The notes beneath the pieces were generated by a model. The model was not told where the DNA came from, ran no database searches, and was given only the letters and a program-made list of their open reading frames with translations. Shown here in pieces: positions 18,632 to 29,265 of a DNA stretch of 64,000 nucleotides. A program made the translations under genes and the position numbers. The DNA is from Verrucomicrobiota bacterium (GTDB taxonomy: Bacteria > Verrucomicrobiota > Verrucomicrobiia > Palsa-1439). Position 1 is the first letter of the stretch. Each line of letters starts with the position of its first letter. The stretch covers positions 41,679 through 105,678 of the forward strand of contig PLZV01000037.1 in NCBI GenBank assembly GCA_003152315.1, given 5' to 3'.

Positions 18632-19489
18632 ATGAAAAATCAAGCGTATGAACGTATCACCGAACGGATTGTTTCCTTGCTCGCGCAAGGCACCGTTCCT
18701 TGGCACAAGCCATGGCAGGCAAAAACTGGTTGGCCGCGAAACTATGTCTCTCAAAAAACGTATCGCGGTATCAATGTGTTCTTGCTCTCCGCCATGAGCT
18801 ACGAATCACCTTGCTGGCTCACGTTCCGTCAGGCATCACAGCTTGGCGGCACCGTCCGCAAGGGCGAGAAGGCGTGTCCCGTCGTCTTCTGGAAATCCCT
18901 GAAGATTGCGGACAAGGAATCTGGCGAGGACAAGAAAATTCCCCTGCTTCGCATCTATCACGTCTTCAATGCAGCCCAATGTGACGGATTGAATGATGCT
19001 CCACCCGTGACGGATGAAATCACCACGGTCAAACCGGCAGAGATTGTGGCGCACATGCCAGAGCCACCCGTCATCAAACACGGCATGGCCTGTGCCTTCT
19101 ATTCACCGCTCGAAGATTCCATCGGGATGCCCTTGCTGGAACGGTTCGATTCTGAGGAATGTTACTACGCCACCTTGTTCCACGAACTCATTCATTCCAC
19201 CGGCCACGAGAAGCGGTTGAAGCGGGCAACACTCGCTGAAAACAGGGGCTTCGGTTCCGATCCCTACTGTAAAGAGGAATTGATTGCCGAAATGGGCGCA
19301 GCGTTTCTGTGCGGGCAGGCCGAGATTGCCGAGCGGACGATTGATAGTTCTGCTGCGTATATCAAAGGTTGGCTTGAGCGGTTGCGTAATGACAAGACGC
19401 TGATTATACAGGCGGCAGCGCAGGCGCAGAAGGCGGCAGACTTAATTCTTGGCCGTACGTTTCAAGAAAGCGAGGCCGCCCATGACTGA
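18632..19489 (+). CDS. ardC: ArdC-family antirestriction ssDNA-binding protein with zincin domain
   Basis: 'GTVPWHKPW...YRGIN...WLTFRQ...VRKGEK...YHVFN'; 'HELIHSTGH...EELIAEMGAAFL'; AGGAG RBS. Confidence 0.9.
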   Translation: MKNQAYERITERIVSLLAQGTVPWHKPWQAKTGWPRNYVSQKTYRGINVFLLSAMSYESPCWLTFRQASQLGGTVRKGEKACPVVFWKSLKIADKESGEDKKIPLLRIYHVFNAAQCDGLNDAPPVTDEITTVKPAEIVAHMPEPPVIKHGMACAFYSPLEDSIGMPLLERFDSEECYYATLFHELIHSTGHEKRLKRATLAENRGFGSDPYCKEELIAEMGAAFLCGQAEIAERTIDSSAAYIKGWLERLRNDKTLIIQAAAQAQKAADLILGRTFQESEAAHD

Positions 19490-19558
19490 TTTAGAAAATC
19501 CAGTCAGACGGCGCATGGCTCTTCCTTTTTTGGCGTGTAGTGGATAATGCCGATCATA

Positions 19559-19596
19559 GGAGCGATTCTTCAATAAATGAAGGGTCGCTCCTTTTT
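19559..19596 (+). terminator. Intrinsic terminator after ardC
   Basis: ggagcgattcttca-ataaa-tgaagggtcgctcc-ttttt. Confidence 0.7.
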
Positions 19597-19767
19597 CCAT
19601 TCACAACTCAGCATATTTTCAAAATCTTCACTTTCACTATTAGGTTGCGTTGATGGTGCCAGGCCCTAGACTTTCTTTGTTCCGCAGCTTTAACAAATGG
19701 GCAAGTTTCCGTGAATACCCACGGGGCTTTATTACATGGCACACAACACATACGAAAGGACATCGCT

Positions 19768-20199
19768 ATGCCCGACGAAATTACCATCACACCGAAATCG
19801 GAATCCACATCCGCCACTTCCGGGCAGGCAAATCAAAATGTCACTTTAGGCCGGACGCAGTTGGTCAGCCTTTGCGCCGCTGGTTTGGGCGTCAGCTTCT
19901 TTTTGCCGTGGGCGCATTTCTTTGGAGCCAATCCATCCGGCTTTGACCTGCAAAAATTGGGCGACGAGCAACGGCTGCTCTGGCTCATTCCCATTTTGTG
20001 CGCGATTACCATTTTTGCCGGTGTCACCAAGAGCAGGCAAAAACATGTCGGGCAACTGACCGGCGCACTTCCATTCTTCGTCGGAATTTACTGGTACTGC
20101 AAACTCGGCAGCGACCTGACGAACATCCTCGCTGCCGGTGCATACCTTTCGTTGATCTTCGGGGCAGCACTGTTTATCCTTGCGCGTAAGTCGAAATAA
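19768..20199 (+). CDS. Small ~4-TM membrane protein
   Basis: Four hydrophobic segments, 'SFFLPW' motif; AAGGA RBS; operonic with the next genes. Confidence 0.75.
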   Translation: MPDEITITPKSESTSATSGQANQNVTLGRTQLVSLCAAGLGVSFFLPWAHFFGANPSGFDLQKLGDEQRLLWLIPILCAITIFAGVTKSRQKHVGQLTGALPFFVGIYWYCKLGSDLTNILAAGAYLSLIFGAALFILARKSK

Positions 20200-20210
20200 C
20201 CGCCAACCAC

Positions 20211-20924
20211 ATGGGACATATGTTTGGATTTTTTGAAAAGAAAAAGGCGGATGTTTTAAGTCACTGGTATTCACTCGTTCCCGGTTTCAACACTTCCACC
20301 AAGGAGTTTTATGAAGCCGTTGAGAAGGAGTTGAAACAGCGTGAAGTCCCCGGCCTGGAAATATTCCACGTTGATTTTGCCGAAGGCGGCATTTTATCCA
20401 GCAAGCGCGAGTATTTACGAATGACCCGCGAGCGATTGGTGTTCGATGTGTGCGCTGCGCCCTTCGGCACCAGCTACTTCTTCAGTTGCCGGTTTGCGGA
20501 AATTCCGGCTGTTATCAGACTGTGGCAGTTGTTCGTGGTGTTGATAGCTGCATTGCTGACCGTGGCATTGGCGTTCAAACTTTTAGGATTCATCCTTGGC
20601 GTTGTCGTGCTTCTTGCCGGTTTTGTGTTCCTGATGTACACGCTCCGCAATGCGGTCGCCATGGGGTTGCAAGACCTCGATGCCACGCTCATCAAATCTC
20701 CTGTGGTTGGTCCGATTTATGAAAACTGGTTTCGCAAAGAGACATACTACCGTCACGACACCCGTCTCATGTATTGCGACACGGTGAACGCTGTCGCCAA
20801 AGCCAAGGTGGAAGAAACCACCGGCGCAAAGGGCATCAAATTAGTTCGGTTCAACGAATACAGCCCCATTTTTGGCGAACTCTACAAACCAACCATTGTG
20901 CCACTGCCCAAGGAACCATCCTGA
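20211..20924 (+). CDS. Hypothetical 2-TM membrane protein
   Basis: 237-aa ORF with a central hydrophobic hairpin, 6 bp upstream of the ATPase gene. Confidence 0.75.
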   Translation: MGHMFGFFEKKKADVLSHWYSLVPGFNTSTKEFYEAVEKELKQREVPGLEIFHVDFAEGGILSSKREYLRMTRERLVFDVCAAPFGTSYFFSCRFAEIPAVIRLWQLFVVLIAALLTVALAFKLLGFILGVVVLLAGFVFLMYTLRNAVAMGLQDLDATLIKSPVVGPIYENWFRKETYYRHDTRLMYCDTVNAVAKAKVEETTGAKGIKLVRFNEYSPIFGELYKPTIVPLPKEPS

Positions 20925-20930
20925 CGCCTT

Positions 20931-23900
20931 ATGTCCCAGCTCGACGAACAATTGAGCGCAGAGTTTCACCGCTGGGAACAACGTGGACGCGGCTGGCAGG
21001 TGTTTTCCGAACCCGTTCAACCCGAACCGGCTTTTGTCCCTTTCAATGGCCATTATCTCCCTGCCACAGCGCCCATTGATGACGGAGCCAGGCCGACCTT
21101 TTTGAGTTCGCTGGTGCAAAAAGTGAGCCGAAGGTTAAGCACCGAAACGGTAGCACCACCGGCTATGCCCGAACCCGAAGAAGAGCTAGAACCGACCGCA
21201 CTCATCCGTGAATCACTGGTGGAATTACAGGCATCGCTCCCGGACAAGCTCGATATTTCCAAGGAAACGTTCGAGCAGTTTCTTCTGAATCTTTCATTGT
21301 GCCGCGAACCCATCGCCTTTGAACTGCTTGGCACGCATACAAAGGTTGCGGCGCAGTTTGTTGCCAGTAAGAGCGACGTTGCGTTGCTCCGCCGCCAGTT
21401 GCAGGCGTATTTTCCAGAGGCCGTGTTTGTCACCCGTGAAGGCGGCTTGGATCAAGCATGGGATACGAGCCAGGGCGATGAAGTCTTGGCGGTGGAATTC
21501 GGCCTTAAACACGAATTCATGCTGCCGCTTGCCAGTGGGAGACTTGACCCGTTCATTGGGATCGTGGGCGCGCTCTCAGAGTTGCAGCCGGGTGAACTAG
21601 GGCTTTTCCAAGTCCTGTTCCAGCCGGTGCAGCATCCGTGGGCGGAAAACATTGTGTTTTCCGTAACGCATGCTGACGGCAAGCCGTTTTTCATCAATTC
21701 ACCGGAACTGGCCGGGGCAGCGGAAAACAAAGTCGCCCACCCACTATATGCCGCCGTTGTCCGCATTCTGCTTCGCGTAGGTGAGTTTGACCGCCTGTTG
21801 CAACTGGCCCGCGACCTGGCCGGATCACTGCGCGTCTTCGCGCACCAGAACGGCAACGAACTCATCCCGCTTCATAACGACGATTACCCGTTCGAGGAAC
21901 ACATTGAGGACGTGTTGCGCCGCCAGACCCGGCGAACGGGAATGTTGTTGAACAGCGACGAGCTTACCGGCTTTGTCCATCTGCCGTCGAGTGCCGTTCG
22001 CTCGCCCGTTTTTCAACGGCAAACGACCAAGACCAAGGCGGCACCCGCCATAGTCCGCAAGCGGGGCCTGTTGCTCGGCACTAATGACCATGCAGGCGAA
22101 ATAGTTGAAGTCAGATTGTCCGCCGAACAGCGCACACGGCACACGCACGTGATCGGTGCAAGCGGCACGGGCAAGTCCACACTGCTTTTCAATCTCATCC
22201 GGCAGGACATTGAAAACGGTGAAGGCGTGGCCGTGCTTGACCCTCACGGTGATTTGATTGACCGCATTTGCGGCATCATCCCGCCGGAGAGGATTGACGA
22301 CGTGGTATTGCTCGACCCGGCGGACGATCAATTTTCAATCGGATTCAATATTCTCTCGGCCCATTCCGATTTGGAGAAAAATCTTTTGGCGTCCGACTTG
22401 GTTGCCGTCTTCCAACGTCTCTCGACCAGTTGGGGCGACCAGATGAACAGCGTGCTACAAAATGCGATTCTTGCGTTTCTGGAAAGCGACCGGCGCGGCA
22501 CCATTGCTGACGTGCGCCGATTCCTGATTGAACCCGCCTTTCGGAATGAATTCCTGAAATCCGTCAAAGACTCCGAAGTCGTCTATTACTGGCAGAAAAG
22601 TTTTCCCCACCTCTCCGGCAACAAATCCATTGGCTCGATTTTGACGAGGCTCGACACATTCCTTGCCCAAAAGCCCATCCGCCACATGGTCTCCCAGCGG
22701 GAGAACCGGCTGGATTTCGCGCACATCATGGATACTGGCAAAATCTTTCTGGCGAAACTGCCGGAGGGACTTTTGGGCCGGGAAAACTCATATTTGCTCG
22801 GCACATTGATGGTGTCAAAGTTCCAGCAGATTGCCATGAGCCGGCAGGCGCAGCAGATCGCCGCCCGGCGGGACTACTGGCTTTACATCGACGAGTTCGC
22901 CAATTTCATCACGCCCTCTATGGCGGAGATTTTGAGCGGGGCGCGAAAGTATCGCATCGGCCTGACGCTGGCACATCACGAGTTGCATCAGTTGCAGCGC
23001 AATCCCGAAGTGGCGAGCGCCGTCATGTCGCATCCCTACACGCGAATCGTGTTTCGTGTTGGCGATGACGACGCTAAGAAACTTGCCGAAAGTTTTTCAT
23101 ATTTCGAGGCGAAGGATTTGCGGAACTTGGAGACCGGACAAGCCATTGTGAGGGTAGAGCGTGGCGATTTTGATTTTAACCTCACCGTTCCTTTGCCGGA
23201 GAAACCGGACGAAGCGGCAGCCACCGCACGACGGCAGGAAGTCATAACGTGTTCGAGAAAAAAATATGGCACAGCACGGGCGGACATTGAGACCCAGCTT
23301 GCACAGTCGCGGGCAACACTTGATGGGCAGCCTGTCAGTCGCACCATTTCCAATCCGCCACTGGCGTTGAAGACATCCGTTCCCGACCGCACGCCAGCAC
23401 ATTCGGAAATGCCGGAACCTGCGGGACCACCGAAGGCGGCAGTGCCGCCCGACAAGGATGAAGCCACGCCGTCGAAAGCGCCACAGACGGTTACTGGTGG
23501 CCGTCCGCAAGGATCACCACGCGATTTAGGCCGGGGCGGGGCGCAGCACCAAGCCACTCAGAAACGCATCAAAGAGGCAGCGGAAGGCCTTGGTTTCCGC
23601 AGTATCATTGAAAAGCCGGTGTTGGATGGTCAGGGGAGCGTGGACTTGTGGTTGGAGCGCACCGGCCAGGAAATCGCCTGTGAAATCTCCATTACAACGA
23701 CCATTGACCATGAAGTAGGCAATGTCGCCAAGTGCTTGAAGGCCGGGCTTCCGAAAGTGGCCGTGATTTGTCTGGACGAGGAACGCTTGCAGAAGATCAG
23801 CAATGCCGTTTCCGGCAGTCTTGGCGCAACATTAGCGGCGCAGGTTGAGTATTTCCAGCCCGCCGCGTTCATCGCGCATTTGAAGGCGTTGCCGCCGCCA

Positions 23901-24035
23901 GCACCAGAGACTCCCGAAACCACATATGGCGGTTACAAGGTCAAACGCTCGGTGCCAAAATTGTCCGCAACGGAGCAGAAGCAGAAAGAGGACGTTGCCA
24001 ACCGCATCATGGCCGAGACGATGCGCCGAAAGTAA
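20931..24035 (+). CDS. Large coupling-protein-like ATPase with Pro-rich linker and C-terminal PD-(D/E)XK-like domain
   Basis: Walker A GASGTGKS, 'LDPHGD', 'LYIDEFANF', 'GARKY'; C-terminal 'IEKPV...SVDLWLE...ACEIS'. Confidence 0.85.
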   Translation: MSQLDEQLSAEFHRWEQRGRGWQVFSEPVQPEPAFVPFNGHYLPATAPIDDGARPTFLSSLVQKVSRRLSTETVAPPAMPEPEEELEPTALIRESLVELQASLPDKLDISKETFEQFLLNLSLCREPIAFELLGTHTKVAAQFVASKSDVALLRRQLQAYFPEAVFVTREGGLDQAWDTSQGDEVLAVEFGLKHEFMLPLASGRLDPFIGIVGALSELQPGELGLFQVLFQPVQHPWAENIVFSVTHADGKPFFINSPELAGAAENKVAHPLYAAVVRILLRVGEFDRLLQLARDLAGSLRVFAHQNGNELIPLHNDDYPFEEHIEDVLRRQTRRTGMLLNSDELTGFVHLPSSAVRSPVFQRQTTKTKAAPAIVRKRGLLLGTNDHAGEIVEVRLSAEQRTRHTHVIGASGTGKSTLLFNLIRQDIENGEGVAVLDPHGDLIDRICGIIPPERIDDVVLLDPADDQFSIGFNILSAHSDLEKNLLASDLVAVFQRLSTSWGDQMNSVLQNAILAFLESDRRGTIADVRRFLIEPAFRNEFLKSVKDSEVVYYWQKSFPHLSGNKSIGSILTRLDTFLAQKPIRHMVSQRENRLDFAHIMDTGKIFLAKLPEGLLGRENSYLLGTLMVSKFQQIAMSRQAQQIAARRDYWLYIDEFANFITPSMAEILSGARKYRIGLTLAHHELHQLQRNPEVASAVMSHPYTRIVFRVGDDDAKKLAESFSYFEAKDLRNLETGQAIVRVERGDFDFNLTVPLPEKPDEAAATARRQEVITCSRKKYGTARADIETQLAQSRATLDGQPVSRTISNPPLALKTSVPDRTPAHSEMPEPAGPPKAAVPPDKDEATPSKAPQTVTGGRPQGSPRDLGRGGAQHQATQKRIKEAAEGLGFRSIIEKPVLDGQGSVDLWLERTGQEIACEISITTTIDHEVGNVAKCLKAGLPKVAVICLDEERLQKISNAVSGSLGATLAAQVEYFQPAAFIAHLKALPPPAPETPETTYGGYKVKRSVPKLSATEQKQKEDVANRIMAETMRRK

Positions 24036-24053
24036 TTCCGCACCGTACAAGCG

Positions 24054-24317
24054 TCATTTCTTTTCCAGATAAAAGACCGGTCCAACCACCTTGAACGGCG
24101 AGTAGGCTTCAATCATCCGCGTGCGAAGCTTTGCCAGACTCTGCTCAGGGCTTTCTTCCGCATGGAAAATGGATGTCTGTGACACGCCCATGTCTCGCGC
24201 AACTTGCGCCCGTGTTTTTCCGGCTTTTTTTCGCATCCGTTTGGCGAACGCCGCCAATTCCACTTCGGATAAGAATTCTTTTTTCGACATGCGAAAGATG
24301 TAGCCTGTTATAGGCAA
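24054..24317 (-). CDS. Small XRE-like HTH protein
   Basis: 'RKKAGKTRAQVARDMGVSQTSIFHAE'; divergent from the recombinase; true start may be a few codons downstream. Confidence 0.75.
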   Translation of the reverse strand: MPITGYIFRMSKKEFLSEVELAAFAKRMRKKAGKTRAQVARDMGVSQTSIFHAEESPEQSLAKLRTRMIEAYSPFKVVGPVFYLEKK

Positions 24318-24373
24318 TATAGCTACACTTTTTTCTTGCGTTGCCCCGGTGATCTTTGATATGAAGTTATGCT

Positions 24374-25864
24374 GTGAAGGACAACAGTGTTTTGAACAAA
24401 CCGGTTGGCATCTGGATTCGGGTTTCCACCGAAGACCAAGCCAAGGGCGAGAGCCCAGAACACCATGAGGATCGCGCCCGCAGCTACGTTAAAAGCCGTG
24501 GCTGGCAGGTCAAAGAGGTCTATGATTTGGCCGGGCAAAGCGGCAAGGCCGTCATGCAGCATCCCGAAGCCAAGCGGATGATGAAAGATGTAGAGCGCGG
24601 CCACATCACCGGCTTGGTGTTTTCCAAGCTCGCCCGCCTGTCCCGCAACCGGCGCGAACTGGAGGACTTCGCCGACTATTTCAACAAACACAACGCTGAC
24701 CTCATTTCGTTAAGCGAAGCTATTGACACCAGCACCGCCGGAGGCCGGATGTTCTTCCATTTGCTAGGCGTGTTCGCACAGTGGGAACGCGAGGAGATCA
24801 CCGAGCGCGTCAATGCGTCGGTGTTGACTCGCGCCAAGCTGGGCAAGTCCATCAATGGCAGCGCCCCCTACGGCTACCAATGGAAAGACCGCAAGCTGGT
24901 CATCCAACCAGAGGAAGCAGCCATCCGCCGCAAAGCCTATGAACTGTTTGTGCAGTTCCGGCGCAAAGGTCAGGTTGCCAAGCAACTAAACGCCGCTGGC
25001 TATCGCACTCGCGACGGCAACATCTGGCGTGACACCGGGATTGTGCGAATCTTGGATGAATCCAGCGCCAAAGGCGTTTATTTGTTCAATACCATGCGCC
25101 AGACAGGAACATGGCGCACCGAAGCCAAGCCAGAAGGCGAGTGGGGCAAGGTCGAATGCCAACCGATTGTGTCCGAAGACCTGTGGAATCAGGTGAATCA
25201 GATCATTGAGGAGCAGTTGAAGGCCTGGAAGAAGCCCGGCAAACCGCCGGTGCATCTGTTCAGCGGACTCGCGACTTGTTCCTGCGGTCACAGAATGTAT
25301 GTCGCCGCCAACAGCCCGAAATACTTCTGCCGGAAGTGTTGCAACAAGATTCCAATTGTGGACTTGGAAAACATAGTCCGGGACGAGTTAAAGGCGTTTT
25401 TCGGCCAGCCGGAGCGGATTGCCAACCACTTGCAGGAGGCCGACCGGAACTTGGTCGAAAAGTCCGCCTTGCTGGAGGCCCACCAGCGCGAGATTCAAAA
25501 GGTGCGGGATGAAATGACCCGGACGCACCGACTCTACATTCAGGAGCAAATCACCGCCCAAGGCTTTGGCGACTTCTACAAACCGGCAGAGCAGCGATTG
25601 AACCAGCTTATGGCAGAACTACCCAAGCTGGAGGCCGAGGTGGATTTCTTGAAGGTCAACAAGCTGTCTGCGGACGACGTGGTGCATGAAGCCCATTCCC
25701 TGCACGAACGGTGGCCGAAAATGGCCGTGGTGGACAAACGGAAGATCGTTGAAGCCATCATCGAAAAGATCGTGATCGGTGACGGTGAAATTGACATAAC
25801 CTTCTCGCATGGGCCTACTTCTATAGAACAATGCAAAAACCAGCAGGGGTTAGGATTGAGGTGA
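24374..25864 (+). CDS. Large serine recombinase
   Basis: 'WIRVSTEDQ', 'SKLARLSRN', 'APYGY', 'FSGLATCSCG...YFC', 'IIEKIVI'. Confidence 0.95.
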   Translation: MKDNSVLNKPVGIWIRVSTEDQAKGESPEHHEDRARSYVKSRGWQVKEVYDLAGQSGKAVMQHPEAKRMMKDVERGHITGLVFSKLARLSRNRRELEDFADYFNKHNADLISLSEAIDTSTAGGRMFFHLLGVFAQWEREEITERVNASVLTRAKLGKSINGSAPYGYQWKDRKLVIQPEEAAIRRKAYELFVQFRRKGQVAKQLNAAGYRTRDGNIWRDTGIVRILDESSAKGVYLFNTMRQTGTWRTEAKPEGEWGKVECQPIVSEDLWNQVNQIIEEQLKAWKKPGKPPVHLFSGLATCSCGHRMYVAANSPKYFCRKCCNKIPIVDLENIVRDELKAFFGQPERIANHLQEADRNLVEKSALLEAHQREIQKVRDEMTRTHRLYIQEQITAQGFGDFYKPAEQRLNQLMAELPKLEAEVDFLKVNKLSADDVVHEAHSLHERWPKMAVVDKRKIVEAIIEKIVIGDGEIDITFSHGPTSIEQCKNQQGLGLR

Positions 25865-26342
25865 GGGGTATTTTAGCACCTCTGTCGCGCCATGGCACGA
25901 GGTGCGATGGCGGATCCCAGTCCCCCTTGAAATTTGGACGTTGTGCGTTCATTTGTTTCCTGTTTCCCCGGACTATACCCATCCCATCACACCATGTCCA
26001 GTAAAAAAATCGAATAACGATAGATAATTGCAGCATGGGCTGCGCGAATTCACCAGATCTATGCATCACCTTGAAAATCGAAAGGCCGAAAATGATAATC
26101 AAAGGGCCGAAAAACGAACGATTCCTGATTGACACACGTTCCGAAGTCTTGTATTTGGAAACTATGGTGACACGGTGACGTGGCCGTGTCGGGTTGAGTT
26201 CGGCAACGGGTTTGGAAGGTGAAAAAACAAGCTGGCGAAAGCATGTAATGTTACTGTGGACCCGCAGTAAAACGTTTTTACTTTACTTCTCATTTCAGTT
26301 GTGGTTAGTTTGAAACACGGCATTGGACGGAGGCCTCTCAAT

Positions 26343-27161
26343 ATGCGGAAAAATCTATGGTTTGCCAGTCGTGAAACAACGGCACGAAGAGCCGCCTTCA
26401 CCTTGATCGAACTCCTTGTCGTCATCGCCATCATCGGCATTCTCGCCGCGATGCTCCTGCCCGCTCTCAACAAGGCGAGAGAAAAGGGACGGCGTGCCGT
26501 TTGCATCAGCAACCTGCACCAGATCGGCTTGGGAATGCTGTCTTATGCGGACGATTTCGATGGCTCCTTCCCGAACGGTCCGGCCGGCACAGACCTGAGC
26601 AGTTCTACCGCGTTCATCCTGAATTCCGAAGTCGGTACAACTGCGACGCCAACGATTGGCAATGGCAATGTGGGAGGACTCAACGCTTTCGCCCGTTATC
26701 TCGTGAAGAAGAAGTATCTTCCATCCGCAGGGGTATGGGTCTGTCCCAGTGACAAGATCAGCGGCAGCAGCAAAAGCCCGGTTTACGTTGCGCAGGGGAC
26801 TGCAGTCTATCCCCAGCCGTGGCAGACAATCGGCAAGTACAATGGTGGGTTCAATATCAGCTATTTCTATATCGCGAGAATGACCACAAAACTGCCCACC
26901 AAAGGTTCGAGCACAGGTGGCCTCTACATGTTGATGGCTGACCGCGCCAATGAGTCTAGCCATGAGACACCCGATCTGAAATCAGACGACAATCATGGCA
27001 CCGATGGGCGTAACGTTCTATACAATGACGGTCATATTGAATGGAAGAACGGCCCGGTAATCAGCGACCTTTACACCATCATCCAACAGGATTGGGGCCA
27101 ATACGGTACGTCGGATGTGTGTCCGGGAGGGTGTCCTCAAACCACCGGACAGGATACCTGA
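26343..27161 (+). CDS. Prepilin-type N-terminal cleavage/methylation protein with H-X9-DG motif (DUF1559-like)
   Basis: '[32 protein letters not shown]', 'CPS', '[14 protein letters not shown]'. Confidence 0.9.
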   Translation: MRKNLWFASRETTARRAAFTLIELLVVIAIIGILAAMLLPALNKAREKGRRAVCISNLHQIGLGMLSYADDFDGSFPNGPAGTDLSSSTAFILNSEVGTTATPTIGNGNVGGLNAFARYLVKKKYLPSAGVWVCPSDKISGSSKSPVYVAQGTAVYPQPWQTIGKYNGGFNISYFYIARMTTKLPTKGSSTGGLYMLMADRANESSHETPDLKSDDNHGTDGRNVLYNDGHIEWKNGPVISDLYTIIQQDWGQYGTSDVCPGGCPQTTGQDT

Positions 27162-27257
27162 TTTCTGACATCATCTTTGAGGCTTAAATCCTTATAGATC
27201 CACCTCATAAGCCCGAGGCTCACCTCGGCTGACAATCCCTCGGTCAGGGCGCTTCAG

Positions 27258-28028
27258 ATGCGAATTAAGTCATCCCTCTCGAACACCACCGGTTTTACGC
27301 TCATTGAGTTGCTGGTCGTTATTGCGATCATCGGGATCCTCGCGGCGATGTTGCTCCCCGCGCTCAACAAGGCGCGGGAAAAGGGACGGCGTGCCGTTTG
27401 CCTCAGCAACCTGCACCAGATCGGCCTGGGAATGCTGTCTTATGCGGACGATTTCGATGGCTGGTTCCCCACCGGTTCAGCGGGAGACGTGAATGCTGGG
27501 TCGGGGCAGCAGTTGAATTCCGAAATCGGTTCGCCGGCTGGCGGTGCGGGTGATGTGGGGCAGTTCGCCTGCTATGCCCGGTACCTCGTGAAGAAGCACT
27601 ATGTACCGAGCACCGGCGTATTCGTCTGCCCCAGCCATAGGGTCACTGCGGGCGGGAAGGCAGTCTCCATCGCGCAAGCCGGCACGGCACTTCATCCATT
27701 ACCGTGGGAGAACATCCAGTGGTACAATCTCAGTTACTTCTATATCGTAAAGTTGACCACGAAATTGCCCCGTAAAGGTAGCAGCACGGGCGGGCTGTAC
27801 ATGTTGATGGCCGACCGATCCAATGCGGTGGCCGGCGACACACCTCTTCTTACAGCCGACAGTCCTCACGGCATGGACGGGCGCAATGTTCTCTACAACG
27901 ATGGCCATCTTGAATGGGCGAACGGCCCAAACATCAGCGATCTGTACCTGCTGATCCAGAACGATTGGGGTGATTTCAACGTCGACGGTTCTGCGTCACC
28001 CCAAACCGAAGGCCAGCAGAACTATTGA
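27258..28028 (+). CDS. Prepilin-type N-terminal cleavage/methylation protein with H-X9-DG motif (paralog)
   Basis: '[17 protein letters not shown]', '[14 protein letters not shown]'. Confidence 0.9.
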   Translation: MRIKSSLSNTTGFTLIELLVVIAIIGILAAMLLPALNKAREKGRRAVCLSNLHQIGLGMLSYADDFDGWFPTGSAGDVNAGSGQQLNSEIGSPAGGAGDVGQFACYARYLVKKHYVPSTGVFVCPSHRVTAGGKAVSIAQAGTALHPLPWENIQWYNLSYFYIVKLTTKLPRKGSSTGGLYMLMADRSNAVAGDTPLLTADSPHGMDGRNVLYNDGHLEWANGPNISDLYLLIQNDWGDFNVDGSASPQTEGQQNY

Positions 28029-28339
28029 TTTTCAGGGCTAATCATCCTGCCGGATGATAGAGCTCTTTACTGCCCTTGTCAGCGTTACCTTCCCCATGTC
28101 GAGTCTAAGCTGCGAAGTTCTCCCTAATCCAGAAGGCCAATGGCGCATTTTGCAACACGTCTCAAGAGGCATAGTGGTGCATCACAGTTCATTTGATAGA
28201 TAGGCGCGACCCCCGTAGTGGGAGGTTGTCCCCAACGGGGACTCACGTCCGGGCGCGCCGAATGCGCGGCCATCTCTGCGGGGCCAGGGTTAATCTGCCC
28301 TCCAACCTTCCTTCGGCGAAAGAAAGTTGCTAAAAAGTG

Positions 28340-28396
28340 TTGACACCCGGTTGCGAAACCGATATACCCGATACTGACGTTTGGAGCGCTTTACCA
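28340..28396 (+). promoter_or_regulatory. Sigma70-like promoter plus LacI-type operator
   Basis: TTGACA 28340-28345, N17, TATACC; operator ttggagcgctttacca 28381-28396, matching the 29514-29529 site in reverse complement. Confidence 0.6.
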
Positions 28397-28464
28397 GTAT
28401 GGCAAAGCGAAACGTCAAGCGACGAGGCGAGGGTAAACATTCTAAGACGAGGGAGATTAGGCAT

Positions 28465-29199
28465 ATGAAGCGAGTATCGAGTAGTATTCTTTTTGCAAGC
28501 ATTCTGGCGGCGATTGCCATTGCCGCGCCAGCTATGGCCCAGACTTATCCGCTGTATGTGACGGGTGCGTTCGACGGTTGGACTGGCAGTGGCCCTGTGA
28601 TGACCCTGGTAAGTGGGGTGCCCGGTAGTACCGCTATCTGGCAGGCGACCGTGAACATGCCCGTCGGACGAAACGAGTTCAAGATCACCGAAGGGGATTG
28701 GGGTTGGGCCGCACCGGGCAGCGGTAACGGTTGGACCTATACGGACGGCGCTGGAAACACCACGATCACCTACGACCAGAATACGTACGCCGACGGTTGG
28801 AGCCCCGCTAGCGGGCGCCTCAGCAGTAATATTGATCCGGGCACTTGGACAGCTGTGGGAGACTGGCAGACCTCGCCTTGGAACAATGCGGACGCCACCA
28901 CGTCAATGACGTCACTTGGCGGCGGCATTTATGAGTACGCGGCAACGATCGCCACCCCGGGCACGTGGCAATACAAAGCGGTGGATACCGGCTCGTGGGA
29001 TGCCATCGGCGCGGATGGGCTCAGCATCAATGCGAACAACCTCGCGTTCACGACCGTGAACCCAAACCAGCAAGTTGACATGCTTGTGAACGCGTCGAAC
29101 GGAACCATCGAGACGGTTCTTGTTCCTGAGCCATCTACGATCGGTCTCGTAGTGGTCGGATTGTTCGGCGCATTGACCATCCGCCGTCGCAAAGCCTAA
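28465..29199 (+). CDS. PEP-CTERM exosortase-target protein with two putative starch/glycan-binding beta-sandwich repeats
   Basis: Signal peptide; 'YVTGAFDGW...EFKI' and 'AVGDWQ..W...YKAV' repeats; C-terminal 'VPEPSTIGLVVVGLFGALTIRRRKA'. Confidence 0.9.
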   Translation: MKRVSSSILFASILAAIAIAAPAMAQTYPLYVTGAFDGWTGSGPVMTLVSGVPGSTAIWQATVNMPVGRNEFKITEGDWGWAAPGSGNGWTYTDGAGNTTITYDQNTYADGWSPASGRLSSNIDPGTWTAVGDWQTSPWNNADATTSMTSLGGGIYEYAATIATPGTWQYKAVDTGSWDAIGADGLSINANNLAFTTVNPNQQVDMLVNASNGTIETVLVPEPSTIGLVVVGLFGALTIRRRKA

Positions 29200-29229
29200 T
29201 CGACCTTCGTCCGACCTATCGGACATTCA

Positions 29230-29265
29230 AACGAGCCCCGCAAAGTTGCGGGGCTCGTTCATTTT
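29230..29265 (+). terminator. Intrinsic terminator
   Basis: aacgagccccgcaa-ag-ttgcggggctcgtt followed by catttt. Confidence 0.8.

Larger units (their letters stand above)
1..25870. mobile_element. Integrative (probably mobilizable) genomic island with two serine recombinases; left end may lie outside the window
   Basis: Large serine recombinases at both ends (163-2004, 24374-25864), two T4CP-like ATPases, Replic_Relax protein, primase, ArdC and defence-like cargo; visibly more AT-rich patches. Host-type genes resume after ~26.3 kb. att sites not identified, so boundaries are approximate. Confidence 0.75.

Noticed and set aside
25830-25900. attR or target-site duplication at the island's right end
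   Set aside because: I found no matching repeat near the left end of the window and no disrupted host gene
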